A stretch of DNA of 64,000 nt from Chlorokybus atmophyticus. Its lineage: Eukaryota; Plantae; Mesostigma and Chlorokybus algae. Location of the stretch: contig RHPI01002699.1 of NCBI GenBank assembly GCA_009103225.1, forward strand, positions 224,578-288,577, in the 5' to 3' direction. The position numbers and the translations under genes are program-made. This document shows positions 62,108-64,000 of the stretch, piece by piece; within the stretch, counting starts at the first letter, position 1, and every line of letters begins with the position of its first letter. The notes below the pieces were generated by a model that was given only the letters and a program-made list of their open reading frames with translations, searched no databases and was not told where the DNA came from.

Positions 62108-63935
62108 CTACGCCCAAAACTTTTGCTTCTTTTTCTTGATGAGGTCACTCACATCCAGAGCCTCAATCTTCGCAGCCAGAATGAAATCATTCTCCGTCAA
62201 CCCTCCTGCGTAGTATTGCAGAGCGTAGCATGAGCCCATCAATTGACACAACATGTGCCCGACAATATGCACGAGATTGTTGCCTTAGTGTTCAGAAATC
62301 CTTGCCCCATACCTGCTGAGTGCGTGCTGGTTTCTACTACAACATTGTTGTAGCCTTCCAGATGCAAGTCAGGATGATGGCCTGAAGGACAAAGGAAAGG
62401 TTTCCAACTGATTAACATGCCGATCCATCAATGTCAATAAAGGACAGCCACAACTAGCAACAATCATTTTCAGCAGCATCCACAGGACATGCACACAAGC
62501 ACGCACGCGCACACACATACACATACGGTACAGTTGTAAGTGTAGCTAAGTTGAACCTTCTTTCTCTGCCATTGCTCCCACGCGCGCAAACAACTCGAGC
62601 CCCTTCTTGAACGAGCCCACAGTGTAGCGCCTTGTCAACAGGACAGGCGTGCCGGCATCGTCCTGCTTGAGATCCCACAAGTCCACCTGCAGGTGCAGTT
62701 AACAACCACACATTGATCAAACCAAGTACTCATATACGGATACATGTGTCTACGCACGTGTACTTGCATGCGTATCTGCCCGTTTGCATGTGTACTCGTG
62801 CATGCGGGCGTGCGAGTGCTCCTGTGTGCATGTGCATGTGCCCGTGTCCGGCCGTACGCAATCTTCTGCACGTGTATGCGCACATGTGTGTACATGCAGG
62901 TGCTTGTGTACACATATATGCATGTATGCTAGACATAGCAGTGCACACTATGCCTCGTATAAGCCAATATGTGTACACATGTTCAGAATGCACATATATG
63001 TACTTGTACATGTAAATGTCTTCATGCGTATGCACATGAAGACAAGTACGCATAGAGACACACTTACGCAAGAGCATGAAGCATATGTATGCAAATATGA
63101 AACCAATGCCTGCTTACCTGTCTCAGCAGTTTTCTGGCCTGGACAGAGTCCAGCACCGTCGTCGCAAGCTGCTCGCTGCATGTAAGTTCATTCAGTTGCT
63201 GCTGTCCGAGCGTCGCCAGCCGCAATGGAATGAGCTTGCGGTGTTCGGTGTCGGCGTTGCCCAAAGTCCTAACAGAGCATTACCGGATGTGTGCAAGAAC
63301 AGTAGCGGCTTTCTTGCGATTTTGAATGGATGGAACTCGAGCTGATGGTTGTCATGTATCGAGTGAATTGACACTCTTCAAGCAATGCAGTCGCAGCGGC
63401 CATTTAGCAACCAAGCTCATCAGAAGTCATGCTGCATGTACTGTATTGCTGATTCACGTTGTTGTGTTTGGCTGTTATCTACCTCGAACACTGGTAGCAT
63501 TAACAGTTTGATACGCATGCGTACGACATACAAACCTTCACAACTATGACTTCAACTTGTAAAGTACCGTAATGCCATGTTACATGGCAATGCTACTAGT
63601 GCAGTCAAAGCAGCAATCTCATTGACAATCAACTACTGCCAAGTCGATGCATGCACACGACCATGTCTGTGTAATCCTAGTTTCAGCCATGCAATGCATA
63701 CAGTACTGGCTTACTTGGAACCGAAGTTGCTCTCAATCTCCCCTGGATACGGGTCCCTTGCGCCAATGTCCCCCACCTGGTTGCCATCCGAGGCGGTGCA
63801 CCTCACCGGCCGCCACCTGACACACCGCCTGCCCCCAACAGCCGGCAAAGAAGAAAGAGACCACGAGGAGGAGGAGGAGGCTAATGAAAGCCTCGCAGGC
63901 GCCGACAAGGCGGCGGCGGCGACGACGCCAGCCAT
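62108..63935 (-). CDS. Pterin-4a-carbinolamine dehydratase family protein with plastid transit peptide (PCD/RAF2-like), 5 exons
   Basis: GDIGARDPYPGEIESNFGSK|TLGNADTEHRKLIP, GLELFARVGAMAEKEG|HHPDLHLEGYNNVVVETSTHSAG|GLTENDFILAAKI...KFWA*. Ser/Arg-rich transit peptide. Confidence 0.92.
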
Positions 63936-64000
63936 GACGACTACGAGCAATGCACTGCGATGGAAGCACCCAGTTGAAACCCTAATTGCTCCAAGCCCTA

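Overview
Eukaryotic, intron-rich genomic DNA from a green alga. Short introns, CA/TG-rich intron sequence, land-plant-like orthologues and a histidine-kinase rhodopsin suggest an early-diverging streptophyte or a chlorophyte; this is inference. No prokaryotic operons, CRISPR arrays, rRNA genes or true tRNA genes were seen. Bases 1-12.3 kb are a nested transposon stack. A Ty3/gypsy-like integrase-PHD remnant is split by a 532-bp TRIM. A spliced pogo/Tigger transposase pseudogene is split by a 7.5-kb CACTA-like element sitting in a 65-nt intron and by a second TRIM copy. A third TRIM copy lies just upstream. Every insertion has an exact target-site duplication. Bases 16.4-64 kb carry nine spliced genes: Rab11/RabA GTPase, an unknown membrane protein, a BTL2/3-like mitochondrial carrier, a CruP-like protein, a histidine-kinase rhodopsin (Rh-HK-REC-cyclase-SAM), a full-size ABCG/PDR transporter, an aspartic-protease-fold protein, a D-cysteine desulfhydrase 2-like protein and a plastid-type PCD/RAF2-like protein. 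The most interesting observation is the TRIM: its LTR/PBS junction forms a tRNA-type RNA polymerase III promoter (A box and B box 44 nt apart), which would be a tRNA-promoter analogue of Cassandra elements. Also notable are the apparently dead cyclase of the rhodopsin, a PDZ-like insert in the PDR transporter, a pseudo-protease with an Ala-Pro stalk, and a RAF2-type PCD that keeps the full catalytic motif. Exon structures were derived by hand and several N gaps limit certainty.
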